Shown here: in pieces, positions 17,838 to 27,903 of the stretch | Numbering within the stretch: position 1 is the first letter of the stretch | How the letters are laid out: the number at the start of each line of letters is the position of its first letter | Virus record (IMG/VR): IMGVR_UViG_2740892012_000013 | Span: 1-43,002 of that record | Reading direction: 5' to 3' (one strand) | DNA: 43,002 nucleotides | Origin: a virus | Taxonomy: Duplodnaviria > Heunggongvirae > Uroviricota > Caudoviricetes | Notes under the pieces: generated by a model | The model's input: the letters and a program-made list of their open reading frames with translations, nothing else | Database searches by the model: none | What the model was told of the DNA's origin: nothing | Translations under genes and position numbers: made by a program

Positions 17838-18412
17838 CAGTAACCTCCTATTTTGAATCGGGAGTCAGAATTCATAAAACCTGAGTTAGATAACATTGGC
17901 GTCCCACCACTAGATGTACTTCCTTTAGAGAACGGACTCCACGTCCCACCAAACATCTGGTACGCACCGTATGCCTTCAGAGGCGCAGTGAGCAATGTTG
18001 TTGCTGCTCCTACATTCCCCTGTTTACGGGCTGAACTGGCTTCTGCTTTATAGTTGGCAGCCTGAACCTGATAACCGTAAGCCTCGCGTTGCGCGTTATT
18101 CACCGTTGTCAGAGAATCAAGAGCGCCAAACTGGGCAGTGTCGCCAAATATATCCAGCGCGTTACCTGTAGATAAATCAGCGCCGGTAGCCCCCATTGTC
18201 GCCGCCTGTGTACCAAGCCGCTGTCGGGTCTCTCTGCGCCGTTGCTCAGCTTCAGCGTTACCTCTGTTTATTGCATCATTTGCCTGAGCTGTGGCTATAT
18301 CTGCGTTCGCTTCTGCAACCTTCGAGGCATACTTTCCCTGTTGGTACTGGGTGTATGCCTGAATGCCACTCATGGCGAGCATTGCGCCACCAGCAATAAC
18401 CGGATCGCACAT
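17837..18412 (-). CDS. Internal virion protein (small, Ala/Gln-rich)
   Basis: 191 aa; SD GGAGAG; position between tail-tube gene and large ejection proteins. Confidence 0.6.
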   Translation of the reverse strand: MCDPVIAGGAMLAMSGIQAYTQYQQGKYASKVAEANADIATAQANDAINRGNAEAEQRRRETRQRLGTQAATMGATGADLSTGNALDIFGDTAQFGALDSLTTVNNAQREAYGYQVQAANYKAEASSARKQGNVGAATTLLTAPLKAYGAYQMFGGTWSPFSKGSTSSGGTPMLSNSGFMNSDSRFKIGGY

Positions 18413-18876
18413 TATTTTCTCTCCATGTGAAATCTGTGGAAATTAAGACCAAGAGCACCATAAGGCGCGGCTTCTTCAAGCCTGAATCCAAGCCAGTGGA
18501 GCCATGCTTTGGCAACATGGTTTCGCTCGTCGACGTAGTTTTCCAGACGCGGATAAACTGCCAGCATCTGCTGCAATACAGGGCGGCAGTGGCGAAGAAA
18601 TGTCTTCTGATATTTTTCGATACGGCTGGTTCCGACCAGCCAGGGCGTACCATTGCCACCGATCATTGACGCCGGAGATACGCCAAACATGGTTACCAGT
18701 TCTCCGTTCGCAAATCCTGACCAGGCCATAGTCGCAGTACGCAGACCAACACGCAGCGCATCTTCGGTAGTCATCAGTGATACCGCATACAGTTCGTCAA
18801 TATCAGCCTGACGAACATCCGGCAAAATCATCTGAAGATGCTCTTCGGTTGCGGGAATAATTTGAACATCGATCAT
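18412..18876 (-). CDS. Virion-associated protein, function unknown
   Basis: 154 aa, translationally coupled to the 823-aa gene upstream. Confidence 0.55.
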   Translation of the reverse strand: MIDVQIIPATEEHLQMILPDVRQADIDELYAVSLMTTEDALRVGLRTATMAWSGFANGELVTMFGVSPASMIGGNGTPWLVGTSRIEKYQKTFLRHCRPVLQQMLAVYPRLENYVDERNHVAKAWLHWLGFRLEEAAPYGALGLNFHRFHMERK

Positions 18877-21347
18877 CAGAATCCCCCAACAGTAAGGCGA
18901 GGAATAACGGCAAGAACAGACAGCGGCAACGGATCAAGCTGACGGATTTTTACACGTCCGTTTTTGCCCCAGTTACTGTCCAGTTTCACTTCTACTTTTC
19001 CGGTAGCATCATCAACAGGATCATCGTAGAACTCGAATTCACGCTGTGGATATTCGTACCATTTACCGCCGGGCGTAGTCGCCCAGATGCCGCGACTGGC
19101 ATTCACAACCAGAGTAACGGAGGGGATCACCTGTTTTTTGTCCAGCAGCGTTTCCTGTCCGTTAATGTTGATATCCAGTGTTTCGAATTCAGCAGTTATT
19201 GGCAGGCCGATGTGCACTACAGCCCCCGGTGATTCCAGCGTGACGGCACCTCCGGAAACCACTTTCTGTGGTTCCACGTTCGCATCAGAGAGAATGTTTA
19301 CGGTCTGGCCTTCAAGATGAGACAGGCCTCCAAATGTCCGGCGCGCCATCTGCCAGTTCGTGGTGGCCACATTCCTGAGGGATGGCGGGACGTTCCTGTT
19401 AGCACGAACCACTACAGCGGTATTGCTGGTTACAGAAATAATGTCGCAACGTAATTCTTTTGACACTTCATCGCCAGTACCAGGATCAGTTCCGGCATAA
19501 GGGAACTGTAGTTGCGCGCCGACATCACTACTGGTGAAGTACGCACCACCAGAAATACTGATTGTATATTCCGCGCGGTAATCCCATTCACCAGAACCAC
19601 CAGTGATGGTCATCGTTCTGTCAGACGTATTTCTTCCATCATAGCTAAGGCCAGAATCAACAAAGAAAGCATCTTCATCGCTGGTAAATAAACGGCTGGA
19701 CAGTCGCTCGATGTATCTCACTGTTTGCCCGTTAACGGTTCGGTTAACGACGAAATACACCGCATCTTCATTTCCTTCGCTGATACTGCATGTGCTTTCA
19801 TATTTTCCGGTACTGGATTGTGGTGCCCATGCAAAAACCTGCTGATCACGCAAATAGGTCATCACCAGTAATTTACCGTCATCACGAATGCAGAAGGCGC
19901 TGGAGTAAGGGACAATAGAGAAGCACCAGTCAACAATACTGTGCTTCTGAAAAAGATGATTGGCAAGGATGGTCAGGTCGTTCCCCTGATAGCCGTCAAC
20001 ATCGAATGAGTAGGCCAGATCACGGACAACACTGCCTTTCTCCTGGACGAACAGAGCAATATTCGCCACGGCAATTGGTGGGACATTGCTCGAGCCATTT
20101 GATCCCTGAGAGCTGAATGCAAATGATGATGGGGTAAGCACTTTGTTCTGGTCGCCAGTGATGACGTACTCACCTCCGGAAGTCAGCGCCACCAGCGAAC
20201 CAACATCAATCAGGTGACGGATCTCATTAACCTGACGCCCGGCATAGGTGTAGATAATTCTGTCGTCATCCTGCGTAGGATTGCTTTTGCCAAAATCCTT
20301 ATAATCCCCGGTACGGCTGGCCCAGATAGTCTGAGGAAACGCAGTCGATGCGGCGAAGTAAAGACGTTGTTGATAATAAACAACAGTGCCAGGATAACCA
20401 TTAACACTGTTCCAGGCATATTTAGCCCATTTATAGCTGGCATTATCCTCGCCAACTACCTGCGAAGGGATATAGGAAATCACCTCGGCAGTTGCAGTAG
20501 TTCCATTTGCAGCAGTGATACGGGCAATGCCAAAACCACTGTGCAGATATTCCCACTCAATGCCAGTATCATCATCACCGGATCCGCCCCAGCCATCCCA
20601 TGATGTGCCTTCTGTATGCGAAGGGCGCAAAGTACCTGTTTTGCCTGCTTTAACGGCGCGATAGTAGTTACTGTCTGCTCGGCGAATATCGCCAATCGAC
20701 GTACTCTTACTGGTTTCCCATACCGGCACAGAATCCACTGCAGGCTGTTCCAGATAGAACAATTTGCCTACCTGCTCCGCGCCAAAAATAGAGGCGCTTG
20801 CCGTTAGCGTAATTGTCCCGGTGCTGGCGCTGGCATAAACCGTCACTGACTCGTCAATATTGATATCTTCAAATGGCCCGTTCTTCGTTACCACATCAAC
20901 CAGTTGCCAGTTGTCATGCGCATAGCGGCGCAACTCTTTCGGCGGGTATGCCGGATGAACAAGCGTAAGCACGTCGGCGCTTTGCGTGAATTTAATTCGG
21001 AACAGATCGGCTTCAGTATATGGCGTGGCAATTTCATAAATAACATTGCTGCTGTTCAGCACCAACGCACCATCTTTGATAACGCGCATGTACTGGTGTC
21101 CGAACTCCAGAGCATAGGTCTGAACCGTCGAGAACTGGAACGGGATCAGGCGGCATTTCCGATTTGGGTATTTGGCGGCACCGACAAAACGCGTACCTGG
21201 TCGATTCTCAACGCCGCCATACTGCCGCACGATAAAGTTATCGCACTTGCGCAATGCCACCTGGTACTTCGCCATGTCAATACGCCCGTACAACGACGGT
21301 CCAATCTCACCACCGGCAAAGCTGGGCTGGATCCAACTGATAGCCAT
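18876..21347 (-). CDS. Tail tube / tail hub protein (large)
   Basis: 823 aa following an adaptor-sized gene and preceding internal proteins, the position of T7 gp12-type proteins; no motif-level confirmation. Confidence 0.65.
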   Translation of the reverse strand: MAISWIQPSFAGGEIGPSLYGRIDMAKYQVALRKCDNFIVRQYGGVENRPGTRFVGAAKYPNRKCRLIPFQFSTVQTYALEFGHQYMRVIKDGALVLNSSNVIYEIATPYTEADLFRIKFTQSADVLTLVHPAYPPKELRRYAHDNWQLVDVVTKNGPFEDINIDESVTVYASASTGTITLTASASIFGAEQVGKLFYLEQPAVDSVPVWETSKSTSIGDIRRADSNYYRAVKAGKTGTLRPSHTEGTSWDGWGGSGDDDTGIEWEYLHSGFGIARITAANGTTATAEVISYIPSQVVGEDNASYKWAKYAWNSVNGYPGTVVYYQQRLYFAASTAFPQTIWASRTGDYKDFGKSNPTQDDDRIIYTYAGRQVNEIRHLIDVGSLVALTSGGEYVITGDQNKVLTPSSFAFSSQGSNGSSNVPPIAVANIALFVQEKGSVVRDLAYSFDVDGYQGNDLTILANHLFQKHSIVDWCFSIVPYSSAFCIRDDGKLLVMTYLRDQQVFAWAPQSSTGKYESTCSISEGNEDAVYFVVNRTVNGQTVRYIERLSSRLFTSDEDAFFVDSGLSYDGRNTSDRTMTITGGSGEWDYRAEYTISISGGAYFTSSDVGAQLQFPYAGTDPGTGDEVSKELRCDIISVTSNTAVVVRANRNVPPSLRNVATTNWQMARRTFGGLSHLEGQTVNILSDANVEPQKVVSGGAVTLESPGAVVHIGLPITAEFETLDININGQETLLDKKQVIPSVTLVVNASRGIWATTPGGKWYEYPQREFEFYDDPVDDATGKVEVKLDSNWGKNGRVKIRQLDPLPLSVLAVIPRLTVGGF

Positions 21348-21952
21348 CAGGACAACCTCGCAATGGTAAACTCGTCAACCGGTGGCTGTGGTTCCTGTGA
21401 TTCATTCTGGCTATGCGAGCCAGCACTAAGAATCACGCGATTGTACATATTGAGAGCAAATGTACCGAGATCCGCATTCCCAGTCAGCGCCATGTTAATG
21501 GCTGCCGCAAGACGCCAGGCCAGCGCCTCCATAAAAATGGCATCAAACATGTTTACATCTGAAACGCGAGAGACATACTTGAGCCATGCCTGCGGCTGGT
21601 CTGTGTAGATCAATTTTCCTGTTCCGTTGGTGTCTGCACCAACTTCGTACTGAACGCGCATTGCTGCTGTTGGATTGCGTACACCAGGAAGCATAATTTC
21701 AGTAATGCGCAGACAATCTGACGGGTACTGGTACGCATATTCCCAGTCAGGCGGTGGATTGCTCGTATCTGCAAGCGCCACGCGTTTGGTAGCAAAGTTC
21801 CAGTCAAAATCAGAAAGCACAGCATCACGGCAGGCCTCAAAGTGCAGCGAACATTCCCCCGCTTCCTTGCTGGCTTCCGTCAGGCTGTTAATGCTGCGGC
21901 TGTTGCCAATATTGGACAGCGCACGATTGCAGATCTCTACTACAGAGGCCAT
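21347..21952 (-). CDS. Head-tail adaptor / tail tubular protein A-like (by position)
   Basis: 201 aa; SD AGGAG; between capsid accessory genes and the large tail-tube gene. Confidence 0.5.
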   Translation of the reverse strand: MASVVEICNRALSNIGNSRSINSLTEASKEAGECSLHFEACRDAVLSDFDWNFATKRVALADTSNPPPDWEYAYQYPSDCLRITEIMLPGVRNPTAAMRVQYEVGADTNGTGKLIYTDQPQAWLKYVSRVSDVNMFDAIFMEALAWRLAAAINMALTGNADLGTFALNMYNRVILSAGSHSQNESQEPQPPVDEFTIARLS

Positions 21953-22008
21953 AAGTTTCTATACTCCTGCAATAAAGGGGCCGAAGCCCCTTGTCTGATT
22001 CGCGAGGC

Positions 22009-22344
22009 TTACACGCCCAGTTCTTTACGCTTATCTGCGATCTTCTCGCGTAGCGTTTCGGCTTTGGCGTTATGGTGTGGCTTCTCGTTAAAGAGCAATT
22101 CGTACTCTTCACGGAGCTTATCCAGTTCACCATCATCTGACACATCGTTGATGATTTTGGTGCTGGTTGCTGCCATTGACACCTTTCCTGCAACTTTTGC
22201 TTTTGCCTGTCTGGCTGCATCGTTAACAGGTTCCAGTGCGCTACCAGGCTCACCTTCGTATTCGATTTCTGCCCCCTCCGGCCACAGAGTGTTATGGATA
22301 TGAGAGAGGCGCAGAACGCGGTATCTTGGTTTCTCACCTGACAT
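22009..22344 (-). CDS. Small virion protein, function unknown
   Basis: ATG at 22344 with SD AAGGTGA 5 nt upstream; in capsid-tail gene block. Confidence 0.5.
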   Translation of the reverse strand: MSGEKPRYRVLRLSHIHNTLWPEGAEIEYEGEPGSALEPVNDAARQAKAKVAGKVSMAATSTKIINDVSDDGELDKLREEYELLFNEKPHHNAKAETLREKIADKRKELGV

Positions 22345-22354
22345 CGATATCACC

Positions 22355-22792
22355 TTAACCAGTTACTTTTGAGCGGATCGGGTACGGCGTATTGGCATCA
22401 ACATCCAGACTGATACCCGCAGTGAATTTGCCAGCCGTTAGTGGGCCAGTTGCGACGGAGTAGTTAACACGCAGATATCGCTGAACACCGGCAGGCACCT
22501 TTGCAGAAACAACTCGTTTACCTGCTGTCAGGGCGGTCTTTGCCAGTGCGCCACTATCATAAATAGTGGTCCATGAGCTGTTATTCTCACTCGTCTGCAA
22601 CTGGATGTTTACAGTTGCATCACCGCTTGCCGCGGCGGCTGCGTTAACCAGCGCCCAAAACTCAAGCGGGTAACCCACGCCGATATCACGACGTTTTCCG
22701 TCAATTGGACCGAGATCGATTACGTCAGTAGAAGCCGCGGTATTCGTAACCGCCTGAGCTTCGGAGAACATCAACAGTTTGTCGGTGATCAT
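22355..22792 (-). CDS. Capsid decoration / head accessory protein (putative)
   Basis: 145 aa immediately downstream of major capsid gene; SD GGAGAAAG. Confidence 0.55.
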   Translation of the reverse strand: MITDKLLMFSEAQAVTNTAASTDVIDLGPIDGKRRDIGVGYPLEFWALVNAAAAASGDATVNIQLQTSENNSSWTTIYDSGALAKTALTAGKRVVSAKVPAGVQRYLRVNYSVATGPLTAGKFTAGISLDVDANTPYPIRSKVTG

Positions 22793-22843
22793 CTTCTTTC
22801 TCCATTAGTGGGTCTGTTACGACCCACAGGTTAATAACAGGCG

Positions 22844-23836
22844 TTACACCACGCGGGCTTCTGTTTCCAGAAGCGCATCAGTTTCACGGATTGGTACACC
22901 ACGGAATGAAGTCCACCACTCGCCTTCTGTCTCTTTTACGCTGATAGCCAGAGATGTTTTCTCCAGAGACTGCAGATCAAGAGCCTGGCCTACAGTGCGG
23001 TTCATGTAGAACACCGGGCGGCCCATGCCACGGTTTGGAATGCGATGTAGTGCTTTAACCATCAACTTCGCAATATTTGCGGCAGAGGATGGTTCTGAAA
23101 GATTGCTGACATCGATGTTTGCAATGCGAACAACATAACGCCAGTCACGCAGAGCAAGTCCGTTGTCCCATTTGTAATGGGTACGGTAGCCTTCGTACTT
23201 GCCGCCATTAGCATCTTCCAGTGTCACCTGGCCTTTATCTTCCATCTGGATGCCAGCCTTCTGCCCTTTCGGGAAGATGCCATGCACGGTGTTTTCGCCC
23301 CACACCACTAACCAGATTGAGGTGTTATCTGTACCCGTGCCACCAGCATCAATGATGTTCTGAGCATTACCCGCAGACAGGCTGGAATAGCGGGAGGACA
23401 GTCCCATAAACTGCTGAGGGTTAACGCTGGAATCACCATAAAACAGTGTCTGCGCCATCTGCTGATTCATCGCTTCAATAAATGCGCGGTCTTCAGACAG
23501 GCGGAATTCGGCAGTATTACCGTTCAGATCAGCCAGTGACTTATCGACTTCAGCATAGGTTTCCAGCATGCCAACGGAATCGGTTACCTGCACTGTGGTT
23601 GATTTGCTTGGCTGTACGCCATAGTTCAGCAAACGCCAGGTAGCTGAAGGTAAACCAGAACGAATGGTGGTTCGGTGTCCGGTAGGAAGGTTCCCTTCGA
23701 CAAAAGGCATATCCTGAAGGATCGGGTTAGTTTGACCGAGAAGCTCGATAATCTTATCGACTTTCCCGTTTGGATCGACGCGCTTACCCCAGTCAGCCAG
23801 CGTTAGCGCAGTTAAGCCTTTAACAGCCATTGTCAT
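22844..23836 (-). CDS. Major capsid protein
   Basis: 330 aa, strong SD GAGAGGAA, directly after scaffold gene; size, position and high-expression codon usage fit a major capsid. Confidence 0.8.
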   Translation of the reverse strand: MTMAVKGLTALTLADWGKRVDPNGKVDKIIELLGQTNPILQDMPFVEGNLPTGHRTTIRSGLPSATWRLLNYGVQPSKSTTVQVTDSVGMLETYAEVDKSLADLNGNTAEFRLSEDRAFIEAMNQQMAQTLFYGDSSVNPQQFMGLSSRYSSLSAGNAQNIIDAGGTGTDNTSIWLVVWGENTVHGIFPKGQKAGIQMEDKGQVTLEDANGGKYEGYRTHYKWDNGLALRDWRYVVRIANIDVSNLSEPSSAANIAKLMVKALHRIPNRGMGRPVFYMNRTVGQALDLQSLEKTSLAISVKETEGEWWTSFRGVPIRETDALLETEARVV

Positions 23837-23844
23837 TTCCTCTC

Positions 23845-24540
23845 TTATTTGCCATAGAGCACTTCGGCCGCACTACGCTGGCCTTCATTACCACCGGTGA
23901 CCATGCCATCTTCAGACATCGCCTTTCCGATTTTCACGAACGTTTTGACCAGATCAGGGTGATTACCCAGCCCGGAGGTGTTCAGATATTCTTTGAGTTC
24001 AGGTGTCCCGAACTGGTCAAGCGCACGCTGTGCGGCGCTAAGGTTAGAAATCAACTTGTCGCCACCGATTTCTTTGTCGGCTTTTACATCCGCAGCCCAC
24101 TGCTCGGTTGTTTTCTGCCAGGCTTCTGCCTGGCGCTGCTGAACACCTGCCAGAATCTTCGGATAAGCATCAACCAGCTTTTGCGCTTGCTCGTTGGTCA
24201 GGTTTAGTTCTCGCGCCACCGGCTCGAATTCCTTCAACGCTTCTGTATCCAGCTCTACGCCTTCGGCAGCCTGAAACTCGTACTTCTCAGGCGCACCCTC
24301 TGGTTTATCGCCGTCCTTTTTTTCATCCTGCTTATCGTTTTCAGGCTTTTTGTCATCAGCAGGTTTATCGCCATCAGCAACAGGTTGTGGCTTATCACCT
24401 TCCTGTTGTGATGGATCACCAACTGGAGCAGGGTTATCACCTGCAGGAGCTGACGGTTCTGACGCAGCCGGAGCTGCTCCACCATCGACTGGTTGCTCAT
24501 TGCAAAGACGGCTATACAGCAAACGCTCAAATAAATTCAT
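23845..24540 (-). CDS. Scaffolding protein
   Basis: Pro/Ala/Asp/Lys-rich low-complexity N-half then helical charged C-half; SD AGGAG before ATG at 24540; between portal and capsid. Confidence 0.65.
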   Translation of the reverse strand: MNLFERLLYSRLCNEQPVDGGAAPAASEPSAPAGDNPAPVGDPSQQEGDKPQPVADGDKPADDKKPENDKQDEKKDGDKPEGAPEKYEFQAAEGVELDTEALKEFEPVARELNLTNEQAQKLVDAYPKILAGVQQRQAEAWQKTTEQWAADVKADKEIGGDKLISNLSAAQRALDQFGTPELKEYLNTSGLGNHPDLVKTFVKIGKAMSEDGMVTGGNEGQRSAAEVLYGK

Positions 24541-24542
24541 GA

Positions 24543-24839
24543 TCACTCCTGTTCACTGGCCTCTTTGGCCATCTTCAAATACTGTTCAGGGCAATGCGCC
24601 ATAACGCGCTGAAACAGTTCCAGCGCCAGATTGCGTTGCCCCTCATTAAATGCCATTGCCATAGCGTCCATCGGTGAGATAGCGGAAAACACACGGCCTT
24701 TCTCCAGCACCGACCAGACAACGCGACGCCCTTGTTCACTGCTCATGACAAAGCGAATGTCATCAATTTCACGCTGCGCCATGTCACGTTGCTTACGGGC
24801 GTTTTCTTCTTTCAGTTGATCGTCTTCGTAATCTGTCAT
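24543..24839 (-). CDS. Small head-assembly protein, function unknown
   Basis: 98 aa, translationally coupled (ATGA overlaps) with portal and scaffold genes. Confidence 0.5.
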   Translation of the reverse strand: MTDYEDDQLKEENARKQRDMAQREIDDIRFVMSSEQGRRVVWSVLEKGRVFSAISPMDAMAMAFNEGQRNLALELFQRVMAHCPEQYLKMAKEASEQE

Positions 24840-26515
24840 TGTGATTGCCCACCCTGACCACTAACTGCATTCGCCATAGCTGACAAAACACTCGGATCCG
24901 AAGTTTTAGCTTCGCTTAGCGTCTTGGCGCCCTGTGCCGCCGCCATTCCCATCGCCATCATTTGTTGCTGCTGTTGCTGCTGTGCCCGTTGCTGGCGAGC
25001 CTGCTCAACCTGTTCCTGCGGAACAATGACGGTTGGAGACACTCCGGACATATCAGCGAATGCATCGATCGCCTGATCAACATTGAGTTTGTCGAGAGCT
25101 TCTGGTTTCGCTTGCGCAAGTTGACCAATGAAGTTAACCGTGGACGCCAGACTGGACAGGCCGATAGACTTCTGCGCCTGAGCCATGACGGAAATGTATT
25201 CGACCTTCAGGGGCATGCCTTCCATCGCGTCAGGCGGTGGCGGCAGCATGTTTTTACGCACCATCATCGAGAAAGCGCGGTCAATGAGAGGATTAAGACA
25301 TTCGTCGTTCAGACGCTCCAGAACCGGCCCCAACATCAGAAGTTTTTCTTCTTTCATTTCGATCACCGCTTCAACAGGCATCGAGCGGGTATTGATGTTC
25401 TGCAACATCATGAACAGATCGACAAAGTAGGCGCTGTTAATGATTTGACGGGTGTCCTGAATGTCTGCCACCAAATCTGCTGTACTGGGGTTAACCAGAT
25501 AAGCAGGCCTGAAACCATCCTGACCAGTAATCTGATCGATATACGTGATGTCGCCAGGAAGAAGGGAGGCACGCTGATTCTTGAGGGAAGTCGGAGCAAC
25601 CATCGGCGGATTGGTGGCTTTATCAATCAACTGCGACTTGCGCTTCTGGAGAAGCTGCAATGCCTTAACAGGTCCAAGCGCCAGCATACCCGGGCATGAT
25701 GATCCATAAACATCTTCGCCGTTAACTTCCCAGCGCGGAGCCATAATTGGAAACTCATCGAATCCGGACTCACGCAACAACTTGTCGTTATCGCCACCAA
25801 CCTCGTAATAAACCGATTTGAATGGCTTGTTCTTGCTATCCAGCTTCGATGTATCGCGGTCAATGTTCGGGTAAACCGAATGCATCACTTCAATCCACTT
25901 CTCGTAGGTGCCGCTTTCCCACATGCTTTTTACGGATTCGCTGACGTTATTTAGCCCGAACTCCTGAACAAGCTGACGAACAGTCATAGAGAACTTGCGA
26001 AAACAGGTGTCCACACTGCCACGAGGTGAGTTAGCCAGGTAGTAACTGCCTATCGGGAATGGCATTGTGCGAATGATGTCCTCGTCATCCTCCAGCACTG
26101 CCATTGCACCAGTGCTGTATGTGCCGAGGCTTCCGTATAACTGCGGCAGAGACTGATAGAGATTCGACTTATTGAACATATCGTTCATGCGGTTCTGCAC
26201 CGCCTCAAGCCACAACTTAACAGGGCCATAATCCATCATTTCAGGATCTGGCGTAGCCAGGCGAAACCACGGACGCGCGGGGCTTGTGATGCCTGACATC
26301 ATGCCGCTGGCGAGAGTGCGCGCCGCCATAGTCCCGGTCGAATCAATAATGCGTGTATTGCGCCGATCGTTACGGTTGGCCTCAGAAGTCAGAAAGCGGG
26401 AACCACGCGGGTTGATGTAATCACTCAACTCGCGCCAGTGCGGCTCGAACGACTGACGCTCGCTTTCAAGTTGTGCGAACTGTTTGTTCAATCGCTCTTT
26501 AGTTGTTTCCGCCAT
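24836..26515 (-). CDS. Portal protein
   Basis: 559 aa directly downstream (same strand) of terminase genes; Gln-rich C-terminal tail; SD GGAG. Confidence 0.8.
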   Translation of the reverse strand: MAETTKERLNKQFAQLESERQSFEPHWRELSDYINPRGSRFLTSEANRNDRRNTRIIDSTGTMAARTLASGMMSGITSPARPWFRLATPDPEMMDYGPVKLWLEAVQNRMNDMFNKSNLYQSLPQLYGSLGTYSTGAMAVLEDDEDIIRTMPFPIGSYYLANSPRGSVDTCFRKFSMTVRQLVQEFGLNNVSESVKSMWESGTYEKWIEVMHSVYPNIDRDTSKLDSKNKPFKSVYYEVGGDNDKLLRESGFDEFPIMAPRWEVNGEDVYGSSCPGMLALGPVKALQLLQKRKSQLIDKATNPPMVAPTSLKNQRASLLPGDITYIDQITGQDGFRPAYLVNPSTADLVADIQDTRQIINSAYFVDLFMMLQNINTRSMPVEAVIEMKEEKLLMLGPVLERLNDECLNPLIDRAFSMMVRKNMLPPPPDAMEGMPLKVEYISVMAQAQKSIGLSSLASTVNFIGQLAQAKPEALDKLNVDQAIDAFADMSGVSPTVIVPQEQVEQARQQRAQQQQQQQMMAMGMAAAQGAKTLSEAKTSDPSVLSAMANAVSGQGGQSQ

Positions 26516-26529
26516 TTCAATGACTCCGG

Positions 26530-26736
26530 TTACTGACCAAGCAGCGTTTTACCGCTGGTATTAGCGGTTGATGTGTCGCCCTGAGAACCGGTAAGCAGCG
26601 TAGAACTACGACCAGCAGCAGCGCGACGGCGACGTGTTTCTTCGTCGCGGGCATCAACAACGGCGGCATCCTGCTCCTGTGGTGCTGCCTGAACTTCTGG
26701 TGTTGCAGGCACTGATGGTGAGCTACCCATGCACAT
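26530..26736 (-). CDS. Small acidic/Arg-rich protein upstream of portal
   Basis: Its initiation region ACGGAGTCATTGATATG nearly duplicates the portal's CCGGAGTCATTGAAATG; preferred over the overlapping 26517-26756 ORF. Confidence 0.4.
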   Translation of the reverse strand: MCMGSSPSVPATPEVQAAPQEQDAAVVDARDEETRRRRAAAGRSSTLLTGSQGDTSTANTSGKTLLGQ

Positions 26737-26825
26737 ATCAATGACTCCGTACGCAATTAAATTATTACCAATTTAACCACATATGATTTATTTATCGTAG
26801 ATAGTTGACATTTAACGCACAAATT

Positions 26826-26842
26826 ATTACCTTTCAGGTAAC
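26826..26842. promoter_or_regulatory. Operator-like palindrome ATTACCTTTCAGGTAAC
   Basis: Near-perfect copy of the recurring motif; TTGACA hexamer 16 bp upstream on the + strand (26805-26810). Confidence 0.5.
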
Positions 26843-27163
26843 CAAAGAGTTCATTCCGGTTACTAACCTGACTGGATTGTCGTTAAATTGAACAGGTGGA
26901 GTGAGCTTTTATTTTGAGCAGTACGGCGTATGGCACATGCGCCGATAGCGGTCTGGATACGTTTAAGGGGCACCCTCCCTTGCTCGGGCAAACGAACCAG
27001 GTAGCCGGAATGTGCAAGTCGAGCGGTTTTATTCCGCGCACGGGGATTCACCATCCCGGCGATTCGGTGTGACGCCTCGGAAGAGACGAGGGTACAACGA
27101 TGAGAGCATTTATGGAGCCGCGACAAAGTGTGGCGCCTTAACAGGCTAAGTGCTCTCAGCGTT

Positions 27164-27240
27164 GTGGCATTAGCTCAGTTGGACAGAGCAACCGCCTTCT
27201 AAGCGGTTGGTCGCAGGTTCGAATCCTGCATGCCACGCCA
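27164..27240 (+). tRNA. tRNA-Arg (anticodon UCU, reads AGA)
   Basis: Folded by hand: 7-bp acceptor stem GTGGCAT/ATGCCAC, D-arm GCTC...GAGC, anticodon stem ACCGC/GCGGT with loop CTTCTAA, T-arm GCAGG-TTCGAAT-CCTGC, discriminator G, encoded CCA. Confidence 0.9.
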
Positions 27241-27284
27241 GAATCACGCCTAAGGACCGTGATGCCAGAAGTTCCAGGGGCTTG

Positions 27285-27326
27285 GCGGTGATGGTTTCCC
27301 TTGAAGGACTATCACCGCCCTTTTTA
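27285..27326 (+). terminator. Rho-independent terminator downstream of tRNA
   Basis: Stem GGCGGTGAT ... ATCACCGCC followed by CTTTTT. Confidence 0.6.
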
Positions 27327-27403
27327 CAGCAGGACGCCATTGCGATGACTTCATGCTGTAAACCAGTACAGCCACGGAAGGCATAACTCATTGCTTCCAG
27401 TTC

Positions 27404-27427
27404 GCCCGGTTCGCCGGGCATTTTTTT
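27404..27427 (+). terminator. Second rho-independent terminator downstream of tRNA
   Basis: GCCCGG-TTCG-CCGGGC hairpin followed by A + TTTTTTT. Confidence 0.7.
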
Positions 27428-27438
27428 AAGGTGAGATT

Positions 27439-27846
27439 ATGAACGACCAGCAAATCGAAAAAGAAATCGTTGAGAAAGGCAAAACGGCACCGCGTGTAAC
27501 ACCTGAGAAAATTGAAGGCCTCATTTGCAGTGAGCATTTTTTCACTGCTGCGCAGGGTGATCACCAGGCTAAAGAAGATGACCTTATTTATAATCCGGAG
27601 CCTTATGTCGAAGCCACCCCTGATGCTCTGCACCTTCTCACTTTCTGCGTACTGGTGCTGAAGAATGGCTTCACTGTCACCGGAGAGAGTGCCTGTGCAA
27701 GTCCGGAAAATTTTGATGCAGAAATTGGTCGGAAGATTGCCCGGCAGAATGCTGTAAACAAAATCTGGATGCTTGAAGGTTACTTGCTGAAGCAGAAGTT
27801 AAGCGAGCAACAACACAGTGACATGTCACAAACAGCCAGCCGATGA
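27439..27846 (+). CDS. Hypothetical phage protein (moron next to tRNA)
   Basis: SD AAGGTGAG before ATG; 135 aa; own terminator hairpin overlapping the stop (about 27835-27860); opposite strand to flanking late genes. Confidence 0.55.
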   Translation: MNDQQIEKEIVEKGKTAPRVTPEKIEGLICSEHFFTAAQGDHQAKEDDLIYNPEPYVEATPDALHLLTFCVLVLKNGFTVTGESACASPENFDAEIGRKIARQNAVNKIWMLEGYLLKQKLSEQQHSDMSQTASR

Positions 27847-27903
27847 GCTGGCTTTGTTTTATCCTCATCAGAGGATATCAACGACATTATCCCCACCAGC
27901 GGA

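Noticed and set aside
24962-25699. Large antisense ORFs inside structural genes (e.g. 24962-25699 +, 20904-21608 +, 28640-29146 +, 1739-2395 +)
   Set aside because: They lie opposite long, well-supported structural or lysis genes, lack RBS, and have Arg/Leu/Ser-skewed composition typical of antisense frames.
26517-26756. 79-aa ORF overlapping the small gene upstream of portal
   Set aside because: The alternative frame 26530-26736 has a duplicated portal-like initiation region and more protein-like composition.
26863-27126. 87-aa minus-strand ORF upstream of the tRNA
   Set aside because: Arg/His-rich low-plausibility product with no RBS, overlapping a region that looks like structured RNA leading into the tRNA.
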